55,584 bases of DNA from Thermoplasmata archaeon (GCA_030038605.1 JASHSU010000037.1:1-55584); one strand, 5' to 3'. Shown: positions 1-10,649, numbered from the stretch's first letter. The notes: generated from the sequence alone by a model not told the origin. A program made the numbers and translations.

Positions 1-2679
1 GCCGGACGGGAGCCCGGCGTAGGAGAACGCAAAGCTGCCGCTGCCGTTCGTCGCCGTCGCCTGGAACTGGAACGCGCTGCCGACGACCTCCGACCCACCG
101 TTGGCGGCGACCAGGGTCACGGTCGGGTCGGCGAACACGACGAGTCGACCGGAGCCGGCCATCGACTCGTTGAGGGCGTCCGTGACGGTCACGTCGACCA
201 CGAAGCTCCCGGCGACGCTCGGCGTGCACGAGAACGTCGCGGCGGTCGCGGACGCCTCACACCCCCGAGGCAACCCGAGGTAGGAGTAGCTGTACGGCGA
301 GGTCCCTCCGACCGGGAGGACCTGAATCGTCGCGTTCTGCCCCAGGTCGATCGCCCCGGGGCTCGCCAGGACCGTCGGGGCCGCCAGGCCCGCGTTGACG
401 GTCAGTGTAACGTTCTCGAAGATCGCGAACCCGACCGCGTCGGTCGCCACGACCTCGATCGTGTACGACCCCGGGACGGTCGGAACGCAACTGTTGGAGG
501 GGCTGTCCCCGAAGTCGCAGCCATACGGTGCGCGGAGGTAGACGAAGCTGACCGCGCCGGTCCCTCCGCTGACGTTCGCCCAGAGCGTGACGGAGCCGCC
601 GACATCGATCGCGCTCGGCGTGGCCAGGCCGGACGTAAAGGCGGGGTCCGCCGCGACGGTCACGACGACGGAGGCGTTCGCCGACCAGCCGTCCGCGTCG
701 GTCGCCGTCACGGTGACCTTCCCGGTCGAGGGACCCGTCGGAGTGCACGTGAGCTGCGACGAGTCGTTCGTGGCGCAGCCGACGGGAAGGCCGGTCCAAA
801 GGTACTGAATCGGCGGCGTCCCACCGGACAGTTGGGCCCCCAGATGTAGCGTCTGGCGGACGTCCAGGGCGGCCGGCAGGGCGGAGAGCCCCGTGACCGT
901 CGGAGGCGGGTTGACCGTCAGGGTCAGGTTCGCGCTGACCAGGTAGTGGGCCGCGTCCGTGACGTTGACCCGGACGGTGAACGTCCCGTTCGCGGTGGGC
1001 GTGCAGTTGAGGTCGGGCCGGTCCAGGCTGGAACAGCCGGTGGGCAGTCCGGAAAACCGGTAGGAGAGTGGCGGAGCCCCCCCGCTCGCCGCCACGGTGA
1101 GGGTGTCGGTCGAACCGACCGTGATGCTCGGGGCGGAGGGGGCGAACGACTGGATAGTCGGGTCGGAGTCGACGACGACCGTCGCGTTGACCGTGCTGGC
1201 CACGCCGACGGAGTCGTTCCGAACGACGGTGACGGGGAACGAACCGACCGCGTCGGGCGTGCAGGTGAGTAATGAGACGTTGGCCGACGCGCAGCCCGGC
1301 GGCAGCGCCGTGTAGTTGTAGACGACGTAGCCGGGGTGGCCGATCGGTGTCGCGTTGATCGTGACGGATTGGCCCAAGTCGATGGCGGCCGGGGCGACCG
1401 AGACCGGGCCCAGGATCGAGGGCCCGAGCGCCCACGTTTCGTCACTGAACGTGGCGTTAGCGTACTGACCACCAAAGGCGATGGTGTAGCCGTCCAATGG
1501 GTCGAAGACCATCTCCATGTACGCCAGCTTCGGCGGCGACGTGGGCAGAGAACTCGTCAGACTTGTCCAGTTGCCGCCCGTAAAGTTCCACGTGTCATCG
1601 AGCGCACCGCTCGATGCGGTCGGAACCGTGGTGCCCCCGAACAGGAGGACCGTGTCCGCGATCGAGGAATAGGTGAGACCGTAGTAGACCCGCGCGGACG
1701 GGTGCGTGGACGGCGACAGCGCGGTCCAGTTGAGGTCGCGGTACTCCCACGTGCTCGAGTCGGGCGATGAACAGGTGAACGACGTGCACCCCCCGAAGAC
1801 GACCGTGTAGTTGTCGATAGGGTCGTAGACCATAGCGGCGCGGAAGCGCGGCGGAGGGTCGCCCGTGACGTTCAGGAGCGTCCAGTTCCCGTGCAGGAAT
1901 TCCCAGGTGTCCGTGAACGCCGCGGACATCGTCGTCCCCCCGTACATCAGCACGTACCCGTCCCCGGCGTCGTAGGTCATCAGCGGCCGCCACCGGGCCG
2001 CGGGGGTCTGGTTGGTCAGTCCGGTCAGATTGGTCCACGTCCCGTGGACGAAGGTCCATGTCTCGTTGTTGAGCAGGTCCGAGGGGACCGAGTACCCGCC
2101 GAACATCACGGCGTACCCGTCCGCAGCATCCCATGCGATCCCGGCCAAGTACCGCCCACCGGGCGAGGTGGAGGGATAGATCTCGGTCCACTGGCCGTGG
2201 GCGAACGTCCACGTATCCCCGAACGAACCGGACGCGTCGGCCCCGCCGAACAGGAGCACATACTGGTCCACCGGGTCGTACACCATCATCGAGAGGTAAC
2301 GGGCGGACGGGGCGGTGGATTCGGCCCCGGACAGGTCGGTCCACGTGGCCGGGTTCACGGGAGTCGACGCGGGGTGGGCAGCCGGAACAGGTCCCAGAGT
2401 TCCGCAGGTCTCGCCCATCAACTTCTCTGCCTGGCAGGTGAGGTTCGCGGTCGATTGGAGGACGGGGTGGGACAGCGGATTGGAGCCCGAGTTTGACGGG
2501 CCCAGCGGCTGCGTCGCGGGCGACACGGACCCGCCCAGGGGAACCAAGGCGGTGACCACGAAGAGCAGGGCGATCGTCCCCGCCCCCACGGTGGCGGCGA
2601 ACCGGCGCGCGACGTGCGGCGAGGTGCTCGGCCCGGGGCGAGGGACGGTCACTCCGGGGGAGAGCCGTCCGTCGGTCAT
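1..2679 (-). CDS. Secreted/surface protein: signal or TM segment, 6-bladed Kelch-like propeller, Cys-paired PKD/Ig-like repeats; 3' end runs off the window
   Basis: Manual translation from ATG 2679 (MTDGRLSPG...AGTIALLFVVTALVP) stays open to base 1. It has six P..R....YD....VLLFGG...DTW.F blades, then at least 5 Y.GLP.GC......CTP repeats. Absent from the ORF track because there is no stop in the window. Confidence 0.88.
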   Translation of the reverse strand, partial: MTDGRLSPGVTVPRPGPSTSPHVARRFAATVGAGTIALLFVVTALVPLGGSVSPATQPLGPSNSGSNPLSHPVLQSTANLTCQAEKLMGETCGTLGPVPAAHPASTPVNPATWTDLSGAESTAPSARYLSMMVYDPVDQYVLLFGGADASGSFGDTWTFAHGQWTEIYPSTSPGGRYLAGIAWDAADGYAVMFGGYSVPSDLLNNETWTFVHGTWTNLTGLTNQTPAARWRPLMTYDAGDGYVLMYGGTTMSAAFTDTWEFLHGNWTLLNVTGDPPPRFRAAMVYDPIDNYTVVFGGCTSFTCSSPDSSTWEYRDLNWTALSPSTHPSARVYYGLTYSSIADTVLLFGGTTVPTASSGALDDTWNFTGGNWTSLTSSLPTSPPKLAYMEMVFDPLDGYTIAFGGQYANATFSDETWALGPSILGPVSVAPAAIDLGQSVTINATPIGHPGYVVYNYTALPPGCASANVSLLTCTPDAVGSFPVTVVRNDSVGVASTVNATVVVDSDPTIQSFAPSAPSITVGSTDTLTVAASGGAPPLSYRFSGLPTGCSSLDRPDLNCTPTANGTFTVRVNVTDAAHYLVSANLTLTVNPPPTVTGLSALPAALDVRQTLHLGAQLSGGTPPIQYLWTGLPVGCATNDSSQLTCTPTGPSTGKVTVTATDADGWSANASVVVTVAADPAFTSGLATPSAIDVGGSVTLWANVSGGTGAVSFVYLRAPYGCDFGDSPSNSCVPTVPGSYTIEVVATDAVGFAIFENVTLTVNAGLAAPTVLASPGAIDLGQNATIQVLPVGGTSPYSYSYLGLPRGCEASATAATFSCTPSVAGSFVVDVTVTDALNESMAGSGRLVVFADPTVTLVAANGGSEVVGSAFQFQATATNGSGSFAFSYAGLPSG

Positions 2680-2845
2680 CAACGTTTGCTCGGGCGCAAG
2701 AGCCGCCCCGGTCGCCGCCTCGACGTTCCTGGCCCCCTCGCCGGCGGGGGCCGTTCCTCCGTCGGGTCCCCCTCCGCCCCCCTGGAGTCCCTGGGACGAT
2801 GGGACCCGGCGGGCCCGTCGAGGGTTGGCCGCCGGGCGTGCCCGG

Positions 2846-3655
2846 TCAGGTACGACGGGCGGTGTAGAGCGAGGTGACGACCGGGAGTTCGATGACGCCG
2901 TCGAACCGCTCGTCCATCAAGAACCCCAGCTCCGTCAGGAACCGTCTCCGTCGGGCGGGAGACAGGGTGACTATCTCCGAGAACGACGCCCAGAGCGCCT
3001 GGACGCGAGGGGTCCGGAGGGTGACGCTCCACCGGAGGTCGTCCCGTGCGAGCCGCTCGAACGCGCCCACCGAACGCATCGCGCGAAATCGGGCCTCCCG
3101 ATGCGCTCGGGCGGCGGACCGGGTCGGGAACGGGTCGGGATGACCGAAGGCCTCCGCATAGAGGGGCTGCAGGGCCCGGTGGAACTCGGTCGGACGGGTG
3201 GGGTCGTTGTGCTGGTTGCCCCAGTGGGCCCACCATCCTCCGGGGCGAAGCAATCGGGCCACCTTCCGGAGCGCTCGCCGCTCGGGAAGCCAGTGGAAAC
3301 TCTGGGCCGCCACGCCGAGATCGAACCGGGCTCGCGGCAGTCGAGCCCGCTCGAACCCGGCGCTCACGATCTCGAAGCGTCCTTCCCGCTCCGGCCAACG
3401 CCCGCGGAGGTATCGGACCAGCCGCGGGTCGGCTTCGACGAGGACCAGCGGTCGGGCGCCGAGGCGGCGCAGCTGCCGCGTAGCTTTCCCGGTGCCCGGA
3501 CCGATCTCGAAGACCACGGCCCCCGGACGGAGTCCGCATCGGTGATGCAGGATCTCGAACACGCGGGATGGGTAGTCGAGGCGCGCCCGGTCGTAGGCGG
3601 CCGGGTCACGGCCGAACACCCCTTTCTGGATTCGCCGGGGAACGTCTCGGACCAC
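2846..3655 (-). CDS. Class I SAM-dependent methyltransferase
   Basis: YDRARLDYP, VFEIGPGTGKAT (motif I), FDLGVAAQSFHW, LLRPGG. Confidence 0.9.
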   Translation of the reverse strand: MVRDVPRRIQKGVFGRDPAAYDRARLDYPSRVFEILHHRCGLRPGAVVFEIGPGTGKATRQLRRLGARPLVLVEADPRLVRYLRGRWPEREGRFEIVSAGFERARLPRARFDLGVAAQSFHWLPERRALRKVARLLRPGGWWAHWGNQHNDPTRPTEFHRALQPLYAEAFGHPDPFPTRSAARAHREARFRAMRSVGAFERLARDDLRWSVTLRTPRVQALWASFSEIVTLSPARRRRFLTELGFLMDERFDGVIELPVVTSLYTARRT

Positions 3656-3825
3656 GCCCCGGCCGGGGATCTACCGGCTTATGGACCTACCGCACGGAGG
3701 ACGCTGCATCGCGCCGAACGTCCCGCTCTCGATTGCTCACGGCATGGATCCCTGTCGCGCCCCGAGGCATCGCCGGGAGAGCCTCAAATGGCCTTCCCGA
3801 CTGGGCGGCCTCCGAGGCGAACCCG

Positions 3826-4215
3826 ATGACCGAAGCAACCCCACAGGGGTACGTGAATCGCATGGACGTGGCCTTCCCCGCACTAGCGACCATCCCTCTG
3901 GGCGCGCTGGCCGACGCCTGCCGCGACCGCTGGTTCAACCAGACGCTCTGCGACGTCAACGACACCTGGATCCGGTTCGCCGTCTGCGAGGGGGAGTACC
4001 ACTGGCACGAGCACGCCGATACGGACGAGTTCTTCTACGTCATCGAGGGCCGGTGGATCGTCGACCTCGAAGAGCGGTCGGTGGAGTTGGGTCCGCGGGA
4101 AGCGTTCGTCGTCCCGAAGGGCGTGCGGCACCGGCCCAGGGCACCGGTCCGGACGGTCGTGCTCATGGCCGAGCGCCGAGGGGTCGTTCCGACCGGTGAC
4201 CCACCCCGGGACTAG
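3826..4215 (+). CDS. Cupin domain protein
   Basis: GEYHWHEHADTDEFFYVIEG and VVPKGVRHRP cupin motifs. Start moved to ATG 3826. Confidence 0.88.
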   Translation: MTEATPQGYVNRMDVAFPALATIPLGALADACRDRWFNQTLCDVNDTWIRFAVCEGEYHWHEHADTDEFFYVIEGRWIVDLEERSVELGPREAFVVPKGVRHRPRAPVRTVVLMAERRGVVPTGDPPRD

Positions 4216-4274
4216 GCGACCGGACGCTCCGCGGTAGGGCGCGGGAAGGGGTTGGGCGAGGGCTGGGATCGAAC

Positions 4275-7200
4275 TTACGCGACGACCGACACCGTCTTCG
4301 ACGCGGCCGAGACGACGGTCTCGGGCGCCGTCGCACTGTCGGTCACGTGCAGCTCGAAGGCGTACGTGTTGCCGACGGTCAGGGTTCCGCCCGCAATCGT
4401 GCACGTCTCCGTGACGCCCGCGCCGGCCCCGGTGCCGCTGTTGGTCGAGCACTGGGTCGCCGCCGTGTAGGCGCCGCCGTTCACAGAGACATACCACGTC
4501 CACGCGTACTTGGAGGTCCCCGAGGACGGGATCTTGCCCTTGACGGTCAGCGTCTGCGACACGACCAGGTGGCTCGTGCTCAGCGACGGCGCGGCCGGTG
4601 CGACCAGCGTGCTCTTCACGTGCACGGTCGACGAGGCCGAGGTGGTCGCGCTCTCCGTGGTCGAGGCCCCGTCGCTGACGGCGAGCTTGAACGCGTAGGT
4701 GTCGCCGACCGTGAGCGTGCCCGAAGCGATCGAGCACGTGACGGTCTGGCCGGACGTTCCTCCCGTCCCGCTGGGCGCGGCGCACTGACTGGCCGTCGCG
4801 TAGCTTCCGCCGCTCACCGACACGACCCAGGTCCACTGGTACGGCGCCGTGCCGGTGGTCGGCAGCTTCGCCGTCACGGTCAACGCCTGGTTCAGGTCGA
4901 GGGCGGTGCCCGAGTCCGTGGGCGCCGAGGGTGCCTTCAGCGCCGAGGCGACCGAGATCGTGGCCGAGGCGCTCGACGTCTGCGTCTGGGTCGAGGTCGC
5001 GCTGTCGGTGACCTGCAGGGCGAACGCGTAGGTGTCGCCCACCGTCAGCGTGCTCGCGGCCACGACGCAGGGCTCCGAAGCGCCCGCGGCGGCCCCGGTC
5101 CCCGAGTTCGTGCCGCACTGCGTCGCGGCGACCGGAGAGCCACCGTTCACGGCCACGAGCCAGGTCCAGGAGTAGGGAGCGGTCCCGGTGGTCGGAATCG
5201 CACCCGACACGGTCAGCGCCTGGTTGACATCCAGCAGAGGCCGGTTCGCGGTCGGAGTCCCCGGCGCGGTGAGCGCCGACGCGACCGAGACGGTGGACGA
5301 CGCCCCCGAGGCTTGGGTCTCCGCGGCCGACGCGCTGTCGGTGACCGACAGCTCAAACGCATAGGTCGACCCGGCCGACAGGCCGTTGGCCGAGACCACG
5401 CACGTCTCGCTGGCACCGCCGCTCGCGCCGGACCCACCGTTCGTGCCGCACTGGGTCGCCGCTGCGTAGGTACCGCCGCCGATCGACACCAGCCAGGTCC
5501 AGGCGTACGGAGCCGTCCCGGTGGTCGGGATCGTCCCGGACACGGTGAGCGACTGGTCGACGTCCAGGGCCGTCGCGCTCACACTGGGCGTCGTCGGCGC
5601 CGACAGGGCCGAGTTGACGCTGACCGACGACGAGGCGACGGACGTCTGCGTCTCGGCGACCGACGCGCTGTCGGTGACGGAGAGCTCGAATCGGTAGGAG
5701 TGGCCTGCCGACAACGTCCCTCCGCTGACCACGCACGCGACAGGGCCCGAGCCGCTGCCGCTGTTGGTCGCGCACTGGCTCGCTGCGACGAAAGTTCCTC
5801 CATCGATCGAGACCATCCAGGTCCAGCTCACCGGGGCCGTGCCCGTGAACGGCACATGCCCGCTGACGGTGAGGGTCTGGTCCGCGTCGAGCACGGTCGC
5901 GCTGACCGTCGGCTTCGCCGGGGTCGTCAAGGCGGACGCCACCGCGACCGGGGACGAAGCACCGGACGTTTGGGTCTCGGCCGCGCTCGCGCTGTCGGTG
6001 ACCGACAACTCGAACGTGTACGCGTCACCCACCGTCAGCGTGTTCGCCGCGATCACGCAGTTCACCGGGGTGCCGGCGCTCGCGCCGGTCCCGCCGTTCG
6101 TCCCGCACTGGGTCGTCGCGCCGTAGCTCCCGCTGTTGACCGCGACCAGCCACGTCCAGGCGTACGGCCCGGTGCCGCTGCTGGGGATCGTCCCGGAGAC
6201 GGTCAGCGCCTGGTCGACGTCGAGCGCGGTCGCGCTCACCCCGGGCGTTGCCGGAGCCGTCAGGGCGCTGCCCACCGTCACCGTCGACGACGGGGCAGAG
6301 GTTTGCATCTCGGCGTTGCTGGCGCTGTCGGTCACGGTCAGCTCGAAGGCGTAGGTCGAGCCTGCGGAGAGGGTGCCGCCCGTCACGGTGCACGTCTCCG
6401 TGGCGCCGCCCGACGCACCGGTACCCGAGTTGGTCGTGCAGACCGTCGCCGCCGTGTAGCTGCCGCCGTTGACCGACACGAGCCAGCCCCACGAGTACGG
6501 CGCTGTGCCCGACGAGCCCAGGGTGCCCGTAACGGTGAGCACCTGGTCGGCGTCGAGGGCCGTCGCACTGACGGTCGGGGCCCCGGGGGCCCCGAGCGGG
6601 CCGCTCACCGTCACGGTGGACGAGGGGCCCGAGGTCGCGGTCTCGGCGTGGGAGGCGCTGTCGGTCACCACGAGCTCGAAGGCATAGGTGTCACCGGCGG
6701 TGAACGTCCCGCCCGTGACCGAGCACGTCTCGGTCGCCCCACCGCTCGCGCCCGAGCCGGAGCTCGCGGTGCATTCGGTGGCGGCCACGTAGGACGTTCC
6801 GCCCACCGAGACCTGCCACGCCCACGAGTAGGTGGCGGTGCCCGTCGAAGTGAGGGTCGTGCTGACGCTGAAGCCCTGGTCCGCGTCCAGGTCGGTCGCG
6901 CTCACCGACGGGGTACTGGGGGCGACCAACGCGGTCGCCACCGACACCGTCGCCGAGTTGCCCGAGGTCTGGACCTCCGGCGTCCCCGCGCTGTCCGTGA
7001 CCTGGAGGGCGAACGCGTAGGTGTCCCCGGGCGTGAGGGAGTTGCCGGCGATCACGCACGCGACCGCAGCCCCGGCGCTGGCGCCCGTGCCGCTGTTCGT
7101 GGCGCACTGGGTCGCCGCCCCGAGGAGCCCGCTGTTGACCGAGACCTCCCACTGCCAGGAGTACGTCGGAACGCCGGTCGTCGGGATCGTCCCGGAGACC

Positions 7201-10200
7201 GTCAGCGCCTGGTCCACGTCCAGCGCGGTCGCGCTCACCGTCGGCGTCGCGGGCGGGGTCAGGACCGCGTAGAACGGCACCGAGATCGGGACCGCGGCTC
7301 CCGAGACACTGAACGAGCCCGATCCGGCCGAGGTCGCGTAGCCCGCCACGGCGCCGACCGTGTAAGTGTACCCACCGTTCGGGAGGTGGAATACGACCGT
7401 GGTGGTGGTGCTGGTCGTCGTGGGCTGACCGGGGATGCTGACCGACCAGTGGGTGCCGCTCGCCAGGCCGCTCTCGGTGAAGGTCACCGTCTGCGAGCCC
7501 AGGAAGGACAACGTGGCTTCGAGTCCGATCGGCGCGTTGGTGATGGTGAATGAACCGGTCGCCGGATTCGCCGCGTACGCCAGGCTGCTGTACTCGTCGT
7601 AGGTGTAGGTGCCCGCGGGCAGGTAGAAGTCGACGCACGGGTTGGAACTGCACGTGCCCGTGGGCGTCGTGGTCTGGGTGTCGTTGAACCAGGTGTACGT
7701 CGCGTTCGACACGTGGACTTCAAACGCCGTCGCCGTAGTCGAACTCGCGATCCCCGTCTCGGCAAAGTTCGGGTCGTAGACCGTGTAGCCGATCAGGGGC
7801 GCGTAGTCACCGTGGAAGCCCACGACGGTCGAACCAATCCCGGCCGAGCCGGTGGTGCTCGAGGCGCGGTCGACGTAGGGTAGGTTCGCGTACGGGTTCG
7901 GGTTGTTCCCGTAGTTCGACCAGAAGTTGCCGCCCTGGTACGCCGTACCTATGATGCTCCCCGTCAGCTGGAACCCGAGGTACGTCGTCACGTACGAGGC
8001 CGGCTGGCAGGTGACCGTTCCCGGGTAGGTCGCCTGGGAGAGCGGTGCGTACCCGACCTGGCAGGTCACGTTCCACAGGTCCTGGTCCGCCGAGGAGGCG
8101 GTGGCGGTCTGGTTGGTGTAGAACGCGTTGTTCCACACCCGGTCGAACGCCTCACTCAGCACGAGGCCCGTGCCCGGGGCGTCCAAGCCCGTGTAGGACG
8201 GCTGGGGGTCGGGCGTGAAGGTGTTGCCCCACACCACGTTCCGCGTCTCCGCAAGGGCGTTGCCCGTCGTCAGCGTGGTGCCGCCGTTGATGAACTCCAT
8301 GCCGCGGTTGGAGACCGCGAAGGAGTTGTCGGCGAACAGGTCGTTGTGGCACGTGTTGCAGATGACGCTGTAGAGGGTCGTCGCCTCACTGTTGGCCCAG
8401 GCGTAGATGTGCGTGCCCCCGGCGACCGTGAAGTTCTGGACGTTGTCGAGGTAGACCTGGAACTGGTCGGTCGACGGGACGTCGAACTGGGTGAGGACCG
8501 ACTGCTGCCAGGACGGGTACTCCATCGTGAACGTCGGCACCGGGTTCGACTCGGCGTAGCTCGTCGTCGAGTTGATGAACTCGCCGATCCAGACCGTGAA
8601 CAGGTAGTCGTTCAGGTTGGAGAACAGCCACGACAAGGAGCCGGACTCGCCGAACGGTGACCCCACGGTCGGGGCCCCGCTGATCAGCTGGTAGGGATTA
8701 CCAGACTGCCCGGCCCCGAACGAACCCCCGTTGACCGAGATGTTCGAAAGGTCGGCGCTGCTGAAGGCCCAGATTGGAGTGTACACGCCTTCCGACGGAT
8801 TCCGGACCAGGGTGATGCTCGGGGCCTGCCCGGACGTCAGCAGATTGACGTTGCCGATGTACGGAGTGTATCCGCTGAGGAGGACCTCGATTGTGTACTC
8901 CCCCACGGGCAGGTAGAGGTCGGACCCGAGGGTCGTCGGGCTCGTCGCACCGCCCGAGCCCTTCCAGTACGAGTACCACCCGAACGTCGGCGCGACCTGG
9001 AACAGCGCCTGGTCGGTCTGGCCGGCGCCCGCGGCGATCCCAACCCATGCGTTGGCCGGGGCGATGTTCGCGTAGCTCAACGGCTCGCCGCCCGCGCCGG
9101 AGGGATAGGGCGCTCCGGTCATGTTCCAGAGGCCCAGGAGCAGCGACGGTCCCGTCACGAGGTGCACCACGGGCGCACTCGGGCCAGGAACACCAGGATT
9201 GAGTGGACCGTTCGCGGTCCAGTACCCGACCTCGCCGGTGCTCGTCTCGCCGGTTTCGCCGCCAAAATCCTCGGCCGCCGGGGTCGCGCTGAACGACGAG
9301 CAGCTCAGGTCGCTGCCCTTGACCGTGACGTTGTCGTTCTGACAGTAGTTGATGCCGACGGTCCCGTCCTGATAGACGATGTTGTTGGTGGCACCGTCGT
9401 CGGACCCGATACCGTAGTCCATCTCGTAGTCGTTGGTCAGACCGACCGGGTCATACGCCGTCCCGTTGGCCTGGATGGTCGCCGACCCGAGCCGGGGGTT
9501 GCAGTTGACGTTCCCGGGGGTGAAGCTCGGACCGGTGCAGGGGCCGTACACCGGTACGCCCGAGGGGTTGGACGTCCCAACGGAGTTGAAGAACACGTCA
9601 TCGTACTCGCCGCAGACCCGTCCGGTCGGCTCCGTGGTCGGGCAGACCCGGGCCCCGTTCTTTATGATCGTGTAGTTCATGAACAGCTCGTTCACCGGCT
9701 CGGTGGTGCTGACACTGCCGCACGACGGCACACCGGTTCCGGCGGGGGAATCGGTGTGGCAGGGTCCCTGCGTGTAGTTGATGTAGAGGACGAGGGAGAA
9801 CGGAGGCGCGACCGTCACGGTGAAGGCGTAGCCGCTACCCGACAGTCCGTAGAGACCGCCGGAGACGCTCCCGAAGCCGGTCAGCGTGTGCGTGCCGGTG
9901 CTGGCGCTGCCGGACCAGCTCGCGTTCGGGTTCGAGAAATTCCATATCTCGTCCCCGATCTGGAGGGCGTGCGTGGACTCCGTGTACTCGATGTAGTTCT
10001 GGAGCCAGAACTCGTTGGGGCAGGAGACCGTCCCCGTGGTCGCAGAACAGCCGGCCCCCGGGGCATTCGCGTTCGGTCCGAAGGAGGTCTGACCGCCGAC
10101 CGTGACGTTGACCAGGACCGTGTTCAGCTGAGCGCCGAACTCCCCGGCCGCGTTCCCGGAACTCGTATCGAACAGTTCGGCCGCCGTGGCGATCGGGTCC

Positions 10201-10649
10201 GCCGTCGACCAGCTGCCGGCCAAACTCGTGGTGTTGACCGTGGTGCCCTGGAGGGTACCGTCCGTGTCACTCTCGCCGTAGTAGGCGACGCCCATCGGAG
10301 CGGGGGCGACCGAGTAGAGCGGTGTGACCAGCCCGTGGGTCGAGGAAAGGGGTGGAGCTTGATGGAGATTGGGCGGATGGAAGTTGGCGAGGCTCCCTCC
10401 CGAGGAGAGGATCGCCTGCTCTTTGGCCGCTACCGCGGAGGCGAGCCCCGAGTTGATCCCGAGTTGACCGGTAGCGGGCGACAGGGCACTACCGGACGAT
10501 TGGGAACTCGGCGAGGGGGTGGGCGTTACGGTGATCGGCGGCTGGGTGACCGAGGGTGCGTTGGCCGTCGCGATCACGATGCTGGACGAAATCACCATAA
10601 TTGCGGCGATGGCGAGCGCGACCCAGAAGCGAGGGCGAGTCTGTGTCAT
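4275..10649 (-). CDS. Large secreted thermopsin-family (peptidase A5-like) protein with beta-helix-like segment and nine C-terminal Ig-like repeats
   Basis: Signal peptide MTQTRPRFWVALAIAAIMVIS; APAPMGVAYYG, AQLNTVL, FWLQNYIEY, WNFS thermopsin-like motifs; GGNFWSNY; F.ESGL..GT.WSV repeat; about 2120 aa. Confidence 0.85.
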   Translation of the reverse strand: MTQTRPRFWVALAIAAIMVISSSIVIATANAPSVTQPPITVTPTPSPSSQSSGSALSPATGQLGINSGLASAVAAKEQAILSSGGSLANFHPPNLHQAPPLSSTHGLVTPLYSVAPAPMGVAYYGESDTDGTLQGTTVNTTSLAGSWSTADPIATAAELFDTSSGNAAGEFGAQLNTVLVNVTVGGQTSFGPNANAPGAGCSATTGTVSCPNEFWLQNYIEYTESTHALQIGDEIWNFSNPNASWSGSASTGTHTLTGFGSVSGGLYGLSGSGYAFTVTVAPPFSLVLYINYTQGPCHTDSPAGTGVPSCGSVSTTEPVNELFMNYTIIKNGARVCPTTEPTGRVCGEYDDVFFNSVGTSNPSGVPVYGPCTGPSFTPGNVNCNPRLGSATIQANGTAYDPVGLTNDYEMDYGIGSDDGATNNIVYQDGTVGINYCQNDNVTVKGSDLSCSSFSATPAAEDFGGETGETSTGEVGYWTANGPLNPGVPGPSAPVVHLVTGPSLLLGLWNMTGAPYPSGAGGEPLSYANIAPANAWVGIAAGAGQTDQALFQVAPTFGWYSYWKGSGGATSPTTLGSDLYLPVGEYTIEVLLSGYTPYIGNVNLLTSGQAPSITLVRNPSEGVYTPIWAFSSADLSNISVNGGSFGAGQSGNPYQLISGAPTVGSPFGESGSLSWLFSNLNDYLFTVWIGEFINSTTSYAESNPVPTFTMEYPSWQQSVLTQFDVPSTDQFQVYLDNVQNFTVAGGTHIYAWANSEATTLYSVICNTCHNDLFADNSFAVSNRGMEFINGGTTLTTGNALAETRNVVWGNTFTPDPQPSYTGLDAPGTGLVLSEAFDRVWNNAFYTNQTATASSADQDLWNVTCQVGYAPLSQATYPGTVTCQPASYVTTYLGFQLTGSIIGTAYQGGNFWSNYGNNPNPYANLPYVDRASSTTGSAGIGSTVVGFHGDYAPLIGYTVYDPNFAETGIASSTTATAFEVHVSNATYTWFNDTQTTTPTGTCSSNPCVDFYLPAGTYTYDEYSSLAYAANPATGSFTITNAPIGLEATLSFLGSQTVTFTESGLASGTHWSVSIPGQPTTTSTTTTVVFHLPNGGYTYTVGAVAGYATSAGSGSFSVSGAAVPISVPFYAVLTPPATPTVSATALDVDQALTVSGTIPTTGVPTYSWQWEVSVNSGLLGAATQCATNSGTGASAGAAVACVIAGNSLTPGDTYAFALQVTDSAGTPEVQTSGNSATVSVATALVAPSTPSVSATDLDADQGFSVSTTLTSTGTATYSWAWQVSVGGTSYVAATECTASSGSGASGGATETCSVTGGTFTAGDTYAFELVVTDSASHAETATSGPSSTVTVSGPLGAPGAPTVSATALDADQVLTVTGTLGSSGTAPYSWGWLVSVNGGSYTAATVCTTNSGTGASGGATETCTVTGGTLSAGSTYAFELTVTDSASNAEMQTSAPSSTVTVGSALTAPATPGVSATALDVDQALTVSGTIPSSGTGPYAWTWLVAVNSGSYGATTQCGTNGGTGASAGTPVNCVIAANTLTVGDAYTFELSVTDSASAAETQTSGASSPVAVASALTTPAKPTVSATVLDADQTLTVSGHVPFTGTAPVSWTWMVSIDGGTFVAASQCATNSGSGSGPVACVVSGGTLSAGHSYRFELSVTDSASVAETQTSVASSSVSVNSALSAPTTPSVSATALDVDQSLTVSGTIPTTGTAPYAWTWLVSIGGGTYAAATQCGTNGGSGASGGASETCVVSANGLSAGSTYAFELSVTDSASAAETQASGASSTVSVASALTAPGTPTANRPLLDVNQALTVSGAIPTTGTAPYSWTWLVAVNGGSPVAATQCGTNSGTGAAAGASEPCVVAASTLTVGDTYAFALQVTDSATSTQTQTSSASATISVASALKAPSAPTDSGTALDLNQALTVTAKLPTTGTAPYQWTWVVSVSGGSYATASQCAAPSGTGGTSGQTVTCSIASGTLTVGDTYAFKLAVSDGASTTESATTSASSTVHVKSTLVAPAAPSLSTSHLVVSQTLTVKGKIPSSGTSKYAWTWYVSVNGGAYTAATQCSTNSGTGAGAGVTETCTIAGGTLTVGNTYAFELHVTDSATAPETVVSAASKTVSVVA
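4278..7260 (-). repeat. Nine tandem intragenic ~333-bp (~111 aa) repeats
   Basis: Unit AP..P.VSATALDVDQ.LTVSGTIP.TGT.PY.W.W.VSV.GG.Y.AATQC.TNSG.GA..G....C......L..G.TYAFEL.VTDSA counted nine times. Confidence 0.95.

Noticed and set aside
4278..7260. Tandem repeats as a CRISPR array or mobile repeat
   Set aside because: The units are ~333 bp, degenerate at synonymous sites and in frame within a protein; there is no repeat-spacer pattern
4347..7553. 1068-aa + strand ORF (also 2315..3829, 9162..10799, 42328..44796, 52786..54375 and similar)
   Set aside because: Arg/Gly/Pro-rich antisense or off-frame shadows of well-supported genes, as expected in high-GC DNA
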